The position numbers and the translations under genes are program-made. Source: Actinomycetes bacterium (GTDB lineage: Bacteria; Actinomycetota; Acidimicrobiia; Acidimicrobiales; Bog-793). Taken from it: a DNA stretch of 39,709 nucleotides. Below the pieces are notes generated by a model. That model was not told where the DNA came from. It saw nothing but the letters and a program-made list of their open reading frames with translations, and did not search any database. This document shows, one piece after another, positions 8,789-16,717 of this stretch. Where the stretch lies: positions 1 through 39,709 of the forward strand of contig JAJZCK010000002.1 in the NCBI GenBank assembly GCA_021846125.1, given 5' to 3'. Position 1 is the stretch's first letter, and each line of letters starts with the position of its first letter.

Positions 8789-10035
8789 CGGATGCCCCCC
8801 TCGACTCGTGCGCCGTTGCGACAGCGGGCGAGCACGAGATCGGCGAGCTGGTTCACCTGCCCCGCGAAACGCGAGCGCGGGTACTCGAGGACCGCGGGTA
8901 CGCCCTGGTTGACCGACTGGGGCACGAGCGCCTCGGACGGAAGCGTCAGGTCGACCTTTCTCTCGAGCGCCCGCTCCACGTCGCGCACCGCGAGGTGCAC
9001 GTGCGAATCCGCCCTGTTGAGCACGAGGAGGAGCCGCTCGTCAGGCAGCTGCAGCAGCTCGAAGGCCTGGAGACCAAGACGGGCGTTCTTCACCGACGGC
9101 ACGTCCATCGCGACCATGAAGGCAACCGTGTCGCTCACCGCAAGAGCCTGCAGGACCACCTCGCTCAGGTGTGGTGGCGTGTCGATGACGACGTGACCGA
9201 ACATCTCGCGCAAGAGCCCGAGCACGTGGAGCATCGAGTCGGCACTCACCTGGTCTCCTTCCGACGGCGACGTCGGGGCGGCGAGCACGTGGACCCCGCT
9301 GCGCTCGTGGCAGGCGAGGAAGCTCCGGAAAAGCGACTCGTCGAGCAAGGGGCCGGCCGACACGGCGTCGCTCACGGTGTGCACGGGTTGGAGCCGGAGC
9401 ATCACACCGATGTCGCCGAACTGCAGATCGAGGTCGAGGACGACGACCGACGTCGCTGACCGGCGGGCGAGCGCCGCCGCCAGGTTGACCGCGACGACCG
9501 ACTTGCCGACGCCCCCCTTCGGGGAGAACACGCTCGTGACCCACGACCCCTCGGCCTGGCGCGCGCTCGCATCCCTCGCACCTGCCGTGCTGAGCTCGTT
9601 CTCGAGCCTGTAGAGCAGCTCGACGACGGCGGGGGTGAGCTGGGTCTCGGCATGGGCCAGCTCGATCGCGTCGTCGATGCCCGCCCGCAGGGCGTGGCGG
9701 AGCAGCTGCGGCGTCATCTGCCCGACCACGAGGATGGCACCGAGACCGGGCCCGGACCTCGTGAGCGCCCCGACTCGGTCGAGAACGTCCTCGGCTGCCT
9801 GCGACGGGCCGAGCACGACGACCACCCGTCCGCCCGGCGTGAGGCGCGCCGGATCGAGCTCGTCGAGACTCGAATAGGAGTACGCCTCGGCAGGCGCGGG
9901 GACCGCCCGCGACAACCGGTAGAGGATCTCCGGGCTCTCCTCGACCACGAGCACGACCCGTCCCGTGACGGGCGACACGAACCCGTCGTCCGGCGCGCCG
10001 CGCCGCGCGCCACCGACTCGCGCCATCTGCCTCAC
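8785..10035 (-). CDS. tadZ: TadZ/CpaE-like MinD/ParA-family ATPase with an N-terminal atypical (non-phosphorylatable) receiver-like domain
   Basis: Deviant Walker A SPKGGVGKSVVAVNLA. The N-terminal ~130 aa has a receiver-like strand/helix pattern, but VLVVEES and VVVVLGPS occupy the positions where acidic pocket and phospho-Asp residues are expected. Confidence 0.85.
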   Translation of the reverse strand: MRQMARVGGARRGAPDDGFVSPVTGRVVLVVEESPEILYRLSRAVPAPAEAYSYSSLDELDPARLTPGGRVVVVLGPSQAAEDVLDRVGALTRSGPGLGAILVVGQMTPQLLRHALRAGIDDAIELAHAETQLTPAVVELLYRLENELSTAGARDASARQAEGSWVTSVFSPKGGVGKSVVAVNLAAALARRSATSVVVLDLDLQFGDIGVMLRLQPVHTVSDAVSAGPLLDESLFRSFLACHERSGVHVLAAPTSPSEGDQVSADSMLHVLGLLREMFGHVVIDTPPHLSEVVLQALAVSDTVAFMVAMDVPSVKNARLGLQAFELLQLPDERLLLVLNRADSHVHLAVRDVERALERKVDLTLPSEALVPQSVNQGVPAVLEYPRSRFAGQVNQLADLVLARCRNGARVEGGIR

Positions 10036-10071
10036 CGCTCGTCCCCTCGCAGACCCGTCGCGCGATCCCGT

Positions 10072-10839
10072 TCACGCATCGGAGCGCTCCGTCCTCGTCT
10101 TGCCCGCTGGCGGACGGGGTACGCGCATGTCAAGAGACACAGGTCGGAGGGCGTCCAGCAGCTCCGTCTGGGAGTGCGCACCCAACTTCTGGAAGATCGC
10201 CTTCAGATGATTGCGCACCGTGTAGGGGCTCAGGTAAAGGGTGCGTGCGATGGACGAGACGCGCCGGCCGTCGACGAGGAGCTGGAGCACGTCCCGTTCC
10301 CGCCGCGTGAGGGTCCCGATGCCCGAGAAGGGAGTCCAGGCGAGCGCGGGATCGCTCGATCCTGCGAGGACCGCGCCGTCGGGACGCGCTGCCGGCGACT
10401 GCGGCGCTGTCCTGGCCACGTCGGGCTTGAACAGCCAGACCACGTTTCGCACGCCACGCGGCCCGGCAAGAACGCCAATCGTGACCTTCGCGCAGACCCT
10501 GCGCCGGTCCGCCGCTGTCAGCTCGAGCCACGTCGAGGCGGCACCGGGCACCTCGCCTGCGAGAAGCTGGGTGACACGTTCGAGGACCAGGAGGTAGTGC
10601 GCGCTCTGGTCCGGAGCTACATAAGGAGGCGGAGCCGCAGTTCCGAGCGGCAGGCAGGCGTCCACGCCGACGAGCGCGTTCAACGCCGGGTTCGCATAGA
10701 CGCGGTGCCCGCGCGCGTCCAGGACGAGAACGCCGTCACTCGACTCGTCGAAGATCGCCCTCGCCGGCAGGTCGGACGTGGAGCGTCTGGTCCGCGCCGT
10801 GCCGCCGGTCAGAAGCACATCTCCACCCGCGTCACGCAT
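10072..10839 (-). CDS. PAS-domain LuxR-family transcriptional regulator
   Basis: PAS-like N-terminus (AIFDESSDGVLVLDARGHRVYANPALNALVG). C-terminal LuxR HTH (LTRRERDVLQLLVDGRRVSSIARTLYLSPYTVRNHLKAIFQKLG). Start taken at ATG 10839, because the longer track ORF runs through the tRNA-Arg gene. Confidence 0.8.
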   Translation of the reverse strand: MRDAGGDVLLTGGTARTRRSTSDLPARAIFDESSDGVLVLDARGHRVYANPALNALVGVDACLPLGTAAPPPYVAPDQSAHYLLVLERVTQLLAGEVPGAASTWLELTAADRRRVCAKVTIGVLAGPRGVRNVVWLFKPDVARTAPQSPAARPDGAVLAGSSDPALAWTPFSGIGTLTRRERDVLQLLVDGRRVSSIARTLYLSPYTVRNHLKAIFQKLGAHSQTELLDALRPVSLDMRVPRPPAGKTRTERSDA

Positions 10840-11004
10840 AGCCCAAGAGTGGCCCTGCCGTACAAGGCAAACAACGTCAAAATTGATGAACGACAACGGC
10901 ACGCAGTGGTCGCGGTGGCACGAGCGCCGAGCAGCCAGGGTCTCGACGGCCCGCCTACGCGGAGCACTCCGGCAGCGTCCGGTCCGCGTGCACCGATGCC
11001 CGCG

Positions 11005-11078
11005 CGCCCCCGGCAGGACTCGAACCTGCGACCGTCTGCTTAGAAGGCAGCTGCTCTGTCCGGCTGAGCTACGGGGGC
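11005..11078 (-). tRNA. tRNA-Arg (anticodon TCT)
   Basis: Minus-strand read: GCCCCCG TA GCTCAGCCGGACAGAGC A GCTGC CTTCTAA GCAGA CGGTC GCAGG TTCGAGT CCTGC CGGGGGC G. The cloverleaf folds by hand (7-bp acceptor stem, 27:43 mismatch). CCA is not encoded. Confidence 0.9.
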
Positions 11079-11211
11079 ATTGCAGTACTGTTGCACACCG
11101 GCGACGGATGGCCAACCGTGCGCGGTGACGCTGGCGAGGCGCGTGCAGCAGCTGCCGTCGGATGCTCCGAGAGCGCCCGCTTCGGTCGGGCCTTGGCAAG
11201 GAGGGCAGTCA

Positions 11212-11586
11212 GTGCTCGCACGGATCGAGGTCGGCATCGACTGCAGCGACCCCGTCGGGCTCGCGCCATTCTGGGCTGCCGCTCTCGGCTACGAGGTCGG
11301 TGACCTGGACGCCGACGGCACCTACCTCGACCTCGTCCCGCCGGAAGCGGGAATGCCCGTCGTCTACCTGCAGCGGGTAGCCGAGCCGAAGGTCGTGAAG
11401 AACCGCGCCCACCTCGACCTGTTCTTCGCGGACCCCGAGACTGCCGTGGAGCGCCTCGCCGGGATCGGCGCCACCCGCGTCGGCGCACCGCGCACCGGCT
11501 CTGACGGCGGCTGGTGGCAGGTGATGCTCGACCCGGAGGGCAACGAGCTGTGCGTGTGCAGGGACGACGCGTCGCACGAGGTCTAG
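11212..11586 (+). CDS. VOC / glyoxalase-like domain protein
   Basis: GTG at 11212 lies 6 nt after AAGGAGGG. The sequence VLARIEVGIDCSDPVGLAPFWAAALGYEV...NRAHLDLF...GGWWQVMLDPEGNELCV is typical of small glyoxalase-like (VOC) proteins. Confidence 0.75.
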   Translation: MLARIEVGIDCSDPVGLAPFWAAALGYEVGDLDADGTYLDLVPPEAGMPVVYLQRVAEPKVVKNRAHLDLFFADPETAVERLAGIGATRVGAPRTGSDGGWWQVMLDPEGNELCVCRDDASHEV

Positions 11587-11695
11587 GACGTTCCGCCCAC
11601 ATTCGACGCCGAGTTGGAAGCGACGCCCGTTCCGGGACGGCCACGCGTTGTGCCATGCTAAGAGGAGTCCACGCAGCCGGTGGTTGCGTGGCCGT

Positions 11696-11770
11696 GGTGG
11701 CCGTAGCTCAGTTGGTTAGAGCGCCAGGTTGTGGCCCTGGAGGTCGGGGGTTCAAGTCCCCTCGGTCACC
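11696..11770 (+). tRNA. tRNA-His (anticodon GTG) with encoded G-1
   Basis: G GTGGCCG TA GCTCAGTTGGTTAGAGC G CCAGG TTGTGGC CCTGG AGGTC GGGGG TTCAAGT CCCCT CGGTCAC C. The extra 5' G pairs with C73, which is the His hallmark. Confidence 0.9.
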
Positions 11771-11838
11771 CCGAACGCTGCGACCCGCCATGTGGGCGGC
11801 GGCCAGGTGGTACGCGGAGCGGCTACGATCTGCGTCGC

Positions 11839-11911
11839 GCGCCTCTAGCTCAACTGGCAGAGCATCGGACTCTTAATCCGCAGGTTCTGGGTTCAAGTCC
11901 CAGGGGGCGCA
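11839..11911 (+). tRNA. tRNA-Lys (anticodon CTT)
   Basis: GCGCCTC TA GCTCAACTGGCAGAGC A TCGGA CTCTTAA TCCGC AGGTT CTGGG TTCAAGT CCCAG GGGGCGC A. The cloverleaf folds by hand (27:43 mismatch, one G-U pair in the acceptor stem). Confidence 0.9.
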
Positions 11912-11930
11912 CCGCGAAGGTCCTGGGAGA

Positions 11931-12590
11931 CAGGAGCAGGGCGACTGCCTCGCCGCTCTCGGCAGGAACGTGAACGAGCAGCTCGTCGTGGGGGCAAAGC
12001 ACGATGCGCGCGCCGAGGCTCGCGCATCGTGCGCGGACCGTCACCGCCCATATCTTCAACAGCTCAGCTGGCGCTCCCTGGATGACCGCGTTGCGCCCGT
12101 AGCGGCCTCCGGCCGCGACCTCGCCACGGGACTCGAGCCCGCGCGCGGTCTCCGTGGCAGCCGGGGCCGCCATGCGCACGAGCCGCCCTCCGTAGGTGCG
12201 CAGGTCCCGACCCTCCTCCGCGGCGTGGTCAGCGCGGTCGAGATAGCCCATCGCAACCGGGTATGCCGCCGCCGGACCGCGCAGAGCGAGAGCCCTGTTG
12301 CAGCTCGTCTGGCCGTATATTGCCCCGAGGACGGCCACCTTCGCGGCCTGCCGATCAATCCCGCGCTGCGCTGCCACGGGCGCGTAGAGGTCGCCGTCGA
12401 GAGTCGCCCCCCCTGAGCAGCGACTTGACCTGGACCGTGCTGCGCAGGTCGACCGCACTCCCCGGCGGTGCGTACCGGAGCACCTCCGCGTCGCGGCGCG
12501 CCCGGGCCGCGATCGCCTCGGTCTCGCCGGACGGTCGGGGCCCGACGAAGCCGGCGACGCGGCTCCCGGGATCGGGATCGTCCGTCGGCT
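11931..12590 (-). pseudogene. Remnant of a family-A (PolA-like, 'bifunctional exonuclease/DNA polymerase' type) DNA polymerase gene
   Basis: - Frame of ORF 11850..12458: DLYAPVAAQRGIDRQAAKVAVLGAIYGQTS (motif B, R..AK....G..YG), VIQGAPAELLK, and LCPHDELLVHVP (motif C, HDE).
- Frame of ORF 12355..13014: EAIAARARRDAEVLRYAPPGSAVDLRSTVQVKSLLR, which resembles the start of the polymerase domain.
- The two pieces are in different frames and only ~10 codons apart.
- The motif A region, the whole exonuclease half and the C-terminal ~40 aa are absent.
- The remnant is bounded by the ArsR stop (12591) and tRNA-Lys (11911). Confidence 0.6.
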
Positions 12591-13052
12591 CTACGAGCCC
12601 TCGCCCGACGGCCGGGGCTCGTCCTCGGACTCGAGCTCGGCGAGCAGGTCCCGGGCCTCGACGAGCGACGACGTGAGGACGCTTCTCGCCGCGTCGAGCA
12701 GGTCGAAGAGCGCCGGGTTGCTCACCGAGTAGAGGACGCTCGTCCCGTCCTTGCGCGCCTGGACGAGGTTTGCCCGTCGCATGATGCCGAGCTGTTGGGA
12801 GAGGTGGGAGGATTCGATCCCGACAGCCAGGACGAGGTCGCCGACAGACCTCTCCCCGTCGCGAAGGACCTCGAGGATCCGGATGCGAGCGGGGTGGCCG
12901 AGCGTCTTGAACAGCTCGGCCTTGACCTGGTGGATCGGCGTCGTCACGACGGCCACTCGCCCTCTCGCGAACCAGCGGCACGACCCTGCGGGTGCGTGGT
13001 GCCCGGGTCGGCACGAAATGCTAGCGGGCTCGCCAGAGCGTCGACCGCCCAC
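12591..13052 (-). CDS. ArsR/SmtB-family transcriptional regulator without the canonical metal-binding cysteines
   Basis: Winged-HTH core: LFKTLGHPARIRILEVLRDGERSVGDLVLAVGIESSHLSQQLGIMRRANLVQARKDGTSVLYSV. ERSVGDL sits where metal-sensing members carry ELCVCDL. The start is uncertain (ATG 13052, or a GTG near 12953). It lies 31 nt downstream of the HycE-like gene on the same strand. Confidence 0.8.
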   Translation of the reverse strand: MGGRRSGEPASISCRPGHHAPAGSCRWFARGRVAVVTTPIHQVKAELFKTLGHPARIRILEVLRDGERSVGDLVLAVGIESSHLSQQLGIMRRANLVQARKDGTSVLYSVSNPALFDLLDAARSVLTSSLVEARDLLAELESEDEPRPSGEGS

Positions 13053-13083
13053 CGCCGGTGCGGCCGCTCCACCATTGCGGCGC

Positions 13084-14595
13084 TCACAGGTCGTTTCCCG
13101 CGTACGAGAGGTTGAAGCTCTTGTTCGCTAGCGGGAAGTCCGGGACGATCGTATCGGCGAGCGCAATCGACAGCGCCGGCCAGGTGAGGAACGACGGGTC
13201 GACGATCTTCACCCGGGTCAGCCTTCCTGCTCCATCGACCTCGACCCGGTGAACGACGCTCCCCCGCCAGCCCTCGACGATGCCCGACCCGTGGCTCGCG
13301 CCGGCCTCACCCCGCCGGGGGCCCGACGCCGACAGCCGACCGTCTCCACAGACGAGGCTCGTGAGCAGAGACAGCGAGGTGTCCACCTCGTGGCAACGAA
13401 CACGGAACCTCGCGAGCACGTCACCGGCGTCGTCGTGGGCCGGGGCGAAGCCTGCAGGTGGATCGACGAACGGGTGGGCCACGCGCGCGTCGAGAGTCAG
13501 ACCCGAAGCCCGCGCGACGACGCCGAGCACGCCGACCTCCTCGGCCTCGCGGTTGCCGAGCACAGCGGTCCCGAGGAAGCGGTCCATCACGACGGCGCTC
13601 CCCGTCGCCAGGTCGACGACCTCGCGGAAGCGCTCGCCTATCTCGCGCAGCTCGTCGAGGTTCGGTAGCCTGCGCAGCTCTGCACCCCCGACGACAACGC
13701 CGCCACGGAGCAGCCTGTGGCCCGTCACCTCCGCGTTCAGCCGGAGGAGCCGCTCACGCAAGGTGAGAGCGCGAGCGTTCGCCAGCCCGAAGCCCACGTC
13801 GTTGCACATCGCTCCGACATCTGCCACGTGGTTGTAGAGCCGCTCCAGCTCGACGAGCACCGCCCGCAGCTCGCCGGCTCTCGCGGGGACTTCGATCCTG
13901 CACGCCTCTTCGACCGCGAGGCAGTAGGCGAGACCGTGGCCGACCGCGCTGTCGCCAGAGACCCGCTCGGCGAGCTCCATCCCGGCCCGCGCCTCGCGCC
14001 CTTCGAAGAGACGCTCCACGCCCTTGTGGGTGAACCAGAGGCGCGCCTTCATCCGCACGATCGTCTCGCCGACGACGGAGAACCGGAAGTGGCCGGGCTC
14101 GATGAGCCCGGCGTGGACAGGACCGACCGGTATCTCGTACACGCCACGCCCTTCGACCTCGACGAACGGGTACGGGCTGGCGTCGTCGACCATCGCCGGG
14201 GCTCGGCTCGCGTCGTGGCGCATCGGATACCAACCCGTCGGCCAGTGTTGGTGGAGCACGAGACGTCGTGGCATGGGATGGCCGAGCGGCTCGATTCCGA
14301 ACAGGTCCCGCATCTCGCGCTCGAAGCGGCTCGCCGGGAACGAGAGCGCCGCGAGCGACGGGACGGTCGGATCGCGGCGGTCGAGCTCCACGTGGACCTC
14401 GACGCGCCTGTCGGGAGGGCCACTCGTGAAGAGATAGACGACACGAAGTCGCCCGGGGGCGTCGTGGGCACCGACCAGTGCCAGCCGACACCCGCTCGCG
14501 AGCAGCGATGCTGCCGCGCCGGCCAGCTCGCCGGGTGACAGCTGCAGCACCGTGCGGCCGGCGCCGGGCTCCCCGCTAGGGACGTGGCGGCTCAC
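13084..14595 (-). CDS. Fused NuoC/NuoD-like large subunit (HycE-like) of a group-4-hydrogenase-related complex, lacking the [NiFe] cysteine ligands
   Basis: - NuoC-like region: SLAALSFPASRFEREMRDLFGIEPLGHP.
- NuoD/HycE-like region: YEIPVGPVHAGLIEPGHFRF...WFTHKGVERLFEG.
- The L1 position reads ERVSGDSAVGH (13939-13965 region), not R.CG.C..H.
- The C-terminus reads DFPLANKSFNLSYAGNDL, not D.P....DPC..C..R.
- The GTG start overlaps the upstream stop as GTGA (14592-14595). Confidence 0.85.
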   Translation of the reverse strand: MSRHVPSGEPGAGRTVLQLSPGELAGAAASLLASGCRLALVGAHDAPGRLRVVYLFTSGPPDRRVEVHVELDRRDPTVPSLAALSFPASRFEREMRDLFGIEPLGHPMPRRLVLHQHWPTGWYPMRHDASRAPAMVDDASPYPFVEVEGRGVYEIPVGPVHAGLIEPGHFRFSVVGETIVRMKARLWFTHKGVERLFEGREARAGMELAERVSGDSAVGHGLAYCLAVEEACRIEVPARAGELRAVLVELERLYNHVADVGAMCNDVGFGLANARALTLRERLLRLNAEVTGHRLLRGGVVVGGAELRRLPNLDELREIGERFREVVDLATGSAVVMDRFLGTAVLGNREAEEVGVLGVVARASGLTLDARVAHPFVDPPAGFAPAHDDAGDVLARFRVRCHEVDTSLSLLTSLVCGDGRLSASGPRRGEAGASHGSGIVEGWRGSVVHRVEVDGAGRLTRVKIVDPSFLTWPALSIALADTIVPDFPLANKSFNLSYAGNDL

Positions 14596-16058
14596 AGTGC
14601 CACCGTCTTGGCTGCAGCCCGCAGGAGCGGAGCAAGCGGCCACGCGAGCATGCCGAAGAGCGCGCAAGCGACGAGCGCAGCGACGAGCGGCACGACCACG
14701 ATCCCCGGCGTCCTCGACGCGTGCTCCCCCGGGCCGACCGGACCGAGGAGCAGATGGCGCCCGTGAGAGGTCATCGCGGCGAAGACCACCACCATGCACG
14801 CGAGAGCGACGCCCGCGGCCCAGCCGAGCCCGACCTCGACCTCGGCACGGATCATCCCGAGCTCGCTCACGAACAGGCTGAACGGAGGAAGGCCGAGGAG
14901 AGCCACGAGTGCGAGCCCGAAGACAGCGCCGAGCGCCGGACGCCGGGCCAGGAGGGCCCTCACCTCTCCGATCTCACTCGTCCCCTCGGTCGACAGGATC
15001 TCGCCCGACGACAAGAACAACACGGCCTTGGTCAATCCGTGGCCCAGGACGTGCAAGAGAACTGCCGCTATCGCGAGCGGTGTGCCTGCCGCCGCGCCGA
15101 GCGCGATGAGGCCCATGTGCTCGATGCTCGAGTACGCGAGCATCCGCTTGTAGTCGTGTTGGGCGATCAGCAGCGACGCCGCGACGACGAGCGAGAGCAG
15201 TCCCACGATCACGAGCAGCAAGCGGGGGAAGCCTGGACCGAGCGCACCGTCTGCCACGGCCTTGAACCGCAGGAGCGCGTAGAACGCGACGGTCAGGAGA
15301 ACTCCCGACATGAGAGCGGAGACCGGAGCGGGAGCCTGGCTGTGGGCGTCGGGAAGCCAGCTGTGCATCGGGGCGAGACCCACCTTCGTGCCGTACCCGA
15401 GCACGAGCAGCGCCGTCGCGAGGCGCATCACTCCGTGGTCGAGATGGTGCGACTCGGCCACGAGCGACGTCCAGTCGAGACTTGCAGGCGCGTGGACGTG
15501 GGAGCCCGCGTGCAGTGCGGCGAGATAGACGAGCACGGTGCCGAGGAATGCCGTCGCGATGCCGACCGAGCAGATGGCTATGTACTTCCACGACGCTTCG
15601 AGGGCCCTGCGGGTGCCACGGTGGCCGACGAGGAATGTGGTTGCGATCGTCGTCGCCTCGATCGCAACCCACGTCAGCGCGAGATTGGCTGCCAGGACTG
15701 CGAGCAGCATCGCGGCCAGGAACGCTTGGACCAGCACGCCGTAGAGCGAGGCATGACGACGGCTGCAGCGACCTGCTTCGATCTCAGCGTCGAGGTAGCG
15801 CACGCTCTGCCAGCAGGCCAGCGTGCCCACCAGCCCGACGACCACGACCATGACGGCGCTGAGAGCGTCGACTCGCAACGCGCCGTCGACGGTCGTGACC
15901 GAGGAGCCGTGGAGCACCCTCGTGGCAAGCGCTGCCCCACACGCCGACACGACCACCATCGCCCAACACCCGAGCCAGCCGACCGACCGGCGCCAGGGGA
16001 CGAGCCCCGAGAAGAAGCTCACGGCGAGGGGTGCGGCGAGCACGGCGAGGACGAGCAT
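14592..16058 (-). CDS. NuoN/NuoM-like (HyfF/HycQ-like) antiporter-type membrane subunit
   Basis: About 14 TM segments, with the Mrp/complex-I antiporter signature region (GLAPMHSWLPDAHSQAPAPVSALMSGVLL). Its ATG shares 1 nt with the upstream TGA (TGATG at 16056-16060). Confidence 0.85.
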   Translation of the reverse strand: MLVLAVLAAPLAVSFFSGLVPWRRSVGWLGCWAMVVVSACGAALATRVLHGSSVTTVDGALRVDALSAVMVVVVGLVGTLACWQSVRYLDAEIEAGRCSRRHASLYGVLVQAFLAAMLLAVLAANLALTWVAIEATTIATTFLVGHRGTRRALEASWKYIAICSVGIATAFLGTVLVYLAALHAGSHVHAPASLDWTSLVAESHHLDHGVMRLATALLVLGYGTKVGLAPMHSWLPDAHSQAPAPVSALMSGVLLTVAFYALLRFKAVADGALGPGFPRLLLVIVGLLSLVVAASLLIAQHDYKRMLAYSSIEHMGLIALGAAAGTPLAIAAVLLHVLGHGLTKAVLFLSSGEILSTEGTSEIGEVRALLARRPALGAVFGLALVALLGLPPFSLFVSELGMIRAEVEVGLGWAAGVALACMVVVFAAMTSHGRHLLLGPVGPGEHASRTPGIVVVPLVAALVACALFGMLAWPLAPLLRAAAKTVAL

Positions 16059-16717
16059 CAGTCGTGCAGCTCCTGGAGCTCGTCGAGGTCGAGCACCCCG
16101 TAACGCGAGCGAATCTCGGAGCCGAGCACCCGGAGCACGACGACGACGAGAAGGACGTCGAGGGAGGCGCCGAGCTCGACGACGAGCGGAAAGCCGCCTG
16201 TGGCGAGGAACGCGACGAGCGCGATCCCGTTGTCGACGAGCAAGAGCCCGACGATCTGCGAGACCGCCTTCTTTCGGATCGCCATCGCGAGCACGCCGAT
16301 CAACACGGTCGCCAGTCCCAGTGGGACGAGTCGCCCGGTAGCCGTCGGGACGAGCGCGACGACCGGGCCCGACACCGCGAAGGCGAGCAGGGTGAGCGCC
16401 CCGGCCGCCACGAGCGATGCCGGTACGTTCACGAGCGGCGAGAGCTCACGGCTCGTCGGGCCACGTGGGACGACTCGCATCAAGACTGCAGGAATCGCCG
16501 CGCCCTTCTCGGCGACGACCACGAACGACACCACGACGAGCGCTCCGTCGTGCTGGCGCAAGCCGAGGACGAGCGCGACGCCACCGAGCGCGACGCCTTG
16601 TAGCGCCAACACCCTGATGATCGCGGCGAGGGACCGGCGCCACAGCGTGACCACTGCGCACACGAGAACGACGCCGGCACCGAGGTCCAGCATCGCGACA
16701 TAGCCGGACCGGCTCAC
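16058..16717 (-). CDS. HyfE/HycP-like small membrane subunit
   Basis: ~219 aa, all hydrophobic helices (LVCAVVTLWRRSLAAIIRVLALQGVALGGVAL...). Start is either the GTG overlapping the upstream stop (GTGA, 16714-16717) or the ATG at 16693. The rest of track ORF 16058..17878 is Arg-rich and is rejected. Confidence 0.75.
   Translation of the reverse strand: MSRSGYVAMLDLGAGVVLVCAVVTLWRRSLAAIIRVLALQGVALGGVALVLGLRQHDGALVVVSFVVVAEKGAAIPAVLMRVVPRGPTSRELSPLVNVPASLVAAGALTLLAFAVSGPVVALVPTATGRLVPLGLATVLIGVLAMAIRKKAVSQIVGLLLVDNGIALVAFLATGGFPLVVELGASLDVLLVVVVLRVLGSEIRSRYGVLDLDELQELHD

Noticed and set aside
4203-10839. A search for a Flp prepilin (short ORF with a G/xTAxEY motif) and a TadV peptidase within or beside the Tad operon.
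   Set aside because: No intergenic gap exceeds 37 nt. The only GAGTAC-type matches fall inside TadZ and a Nuo-like gene in other contexts. Absence is reported as a finding, not as a feature.
11669-11691. A hairpin CCACGCA-N9-TGCGTGG, 5 nt upstream of tRNA-His.
   Set aside because: It has only a 7-bp stem with a 9-nt loop and no U-tract. It could be a terminator or processing signal for the VOC gene, but it is not distinguishable from chance in GC-rich DNA.
10990-12600. Whether the tRNA cluster marks an integrated prophage or genomic island.
   Set aside because: No integrase, excisionase or phage gene, no compositional shift and no repeat of a tRNA 3' end is visible. Only the polymerase remnant is abnormal, so this is reported as a scar rather than a mobile element.
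13084-14595. Annotating the large subunit as a functional [NiFe] hydrogenase / formate hydrogenlyase subunit (hycE).
   Set aside because: Both CxxC ligand motifs are replaced (ERVSGDSAV and NLSYAGNDL), and no maturation or formate dehydrogenase genes are nearby. It is therefore called hydrogenase-related instead.
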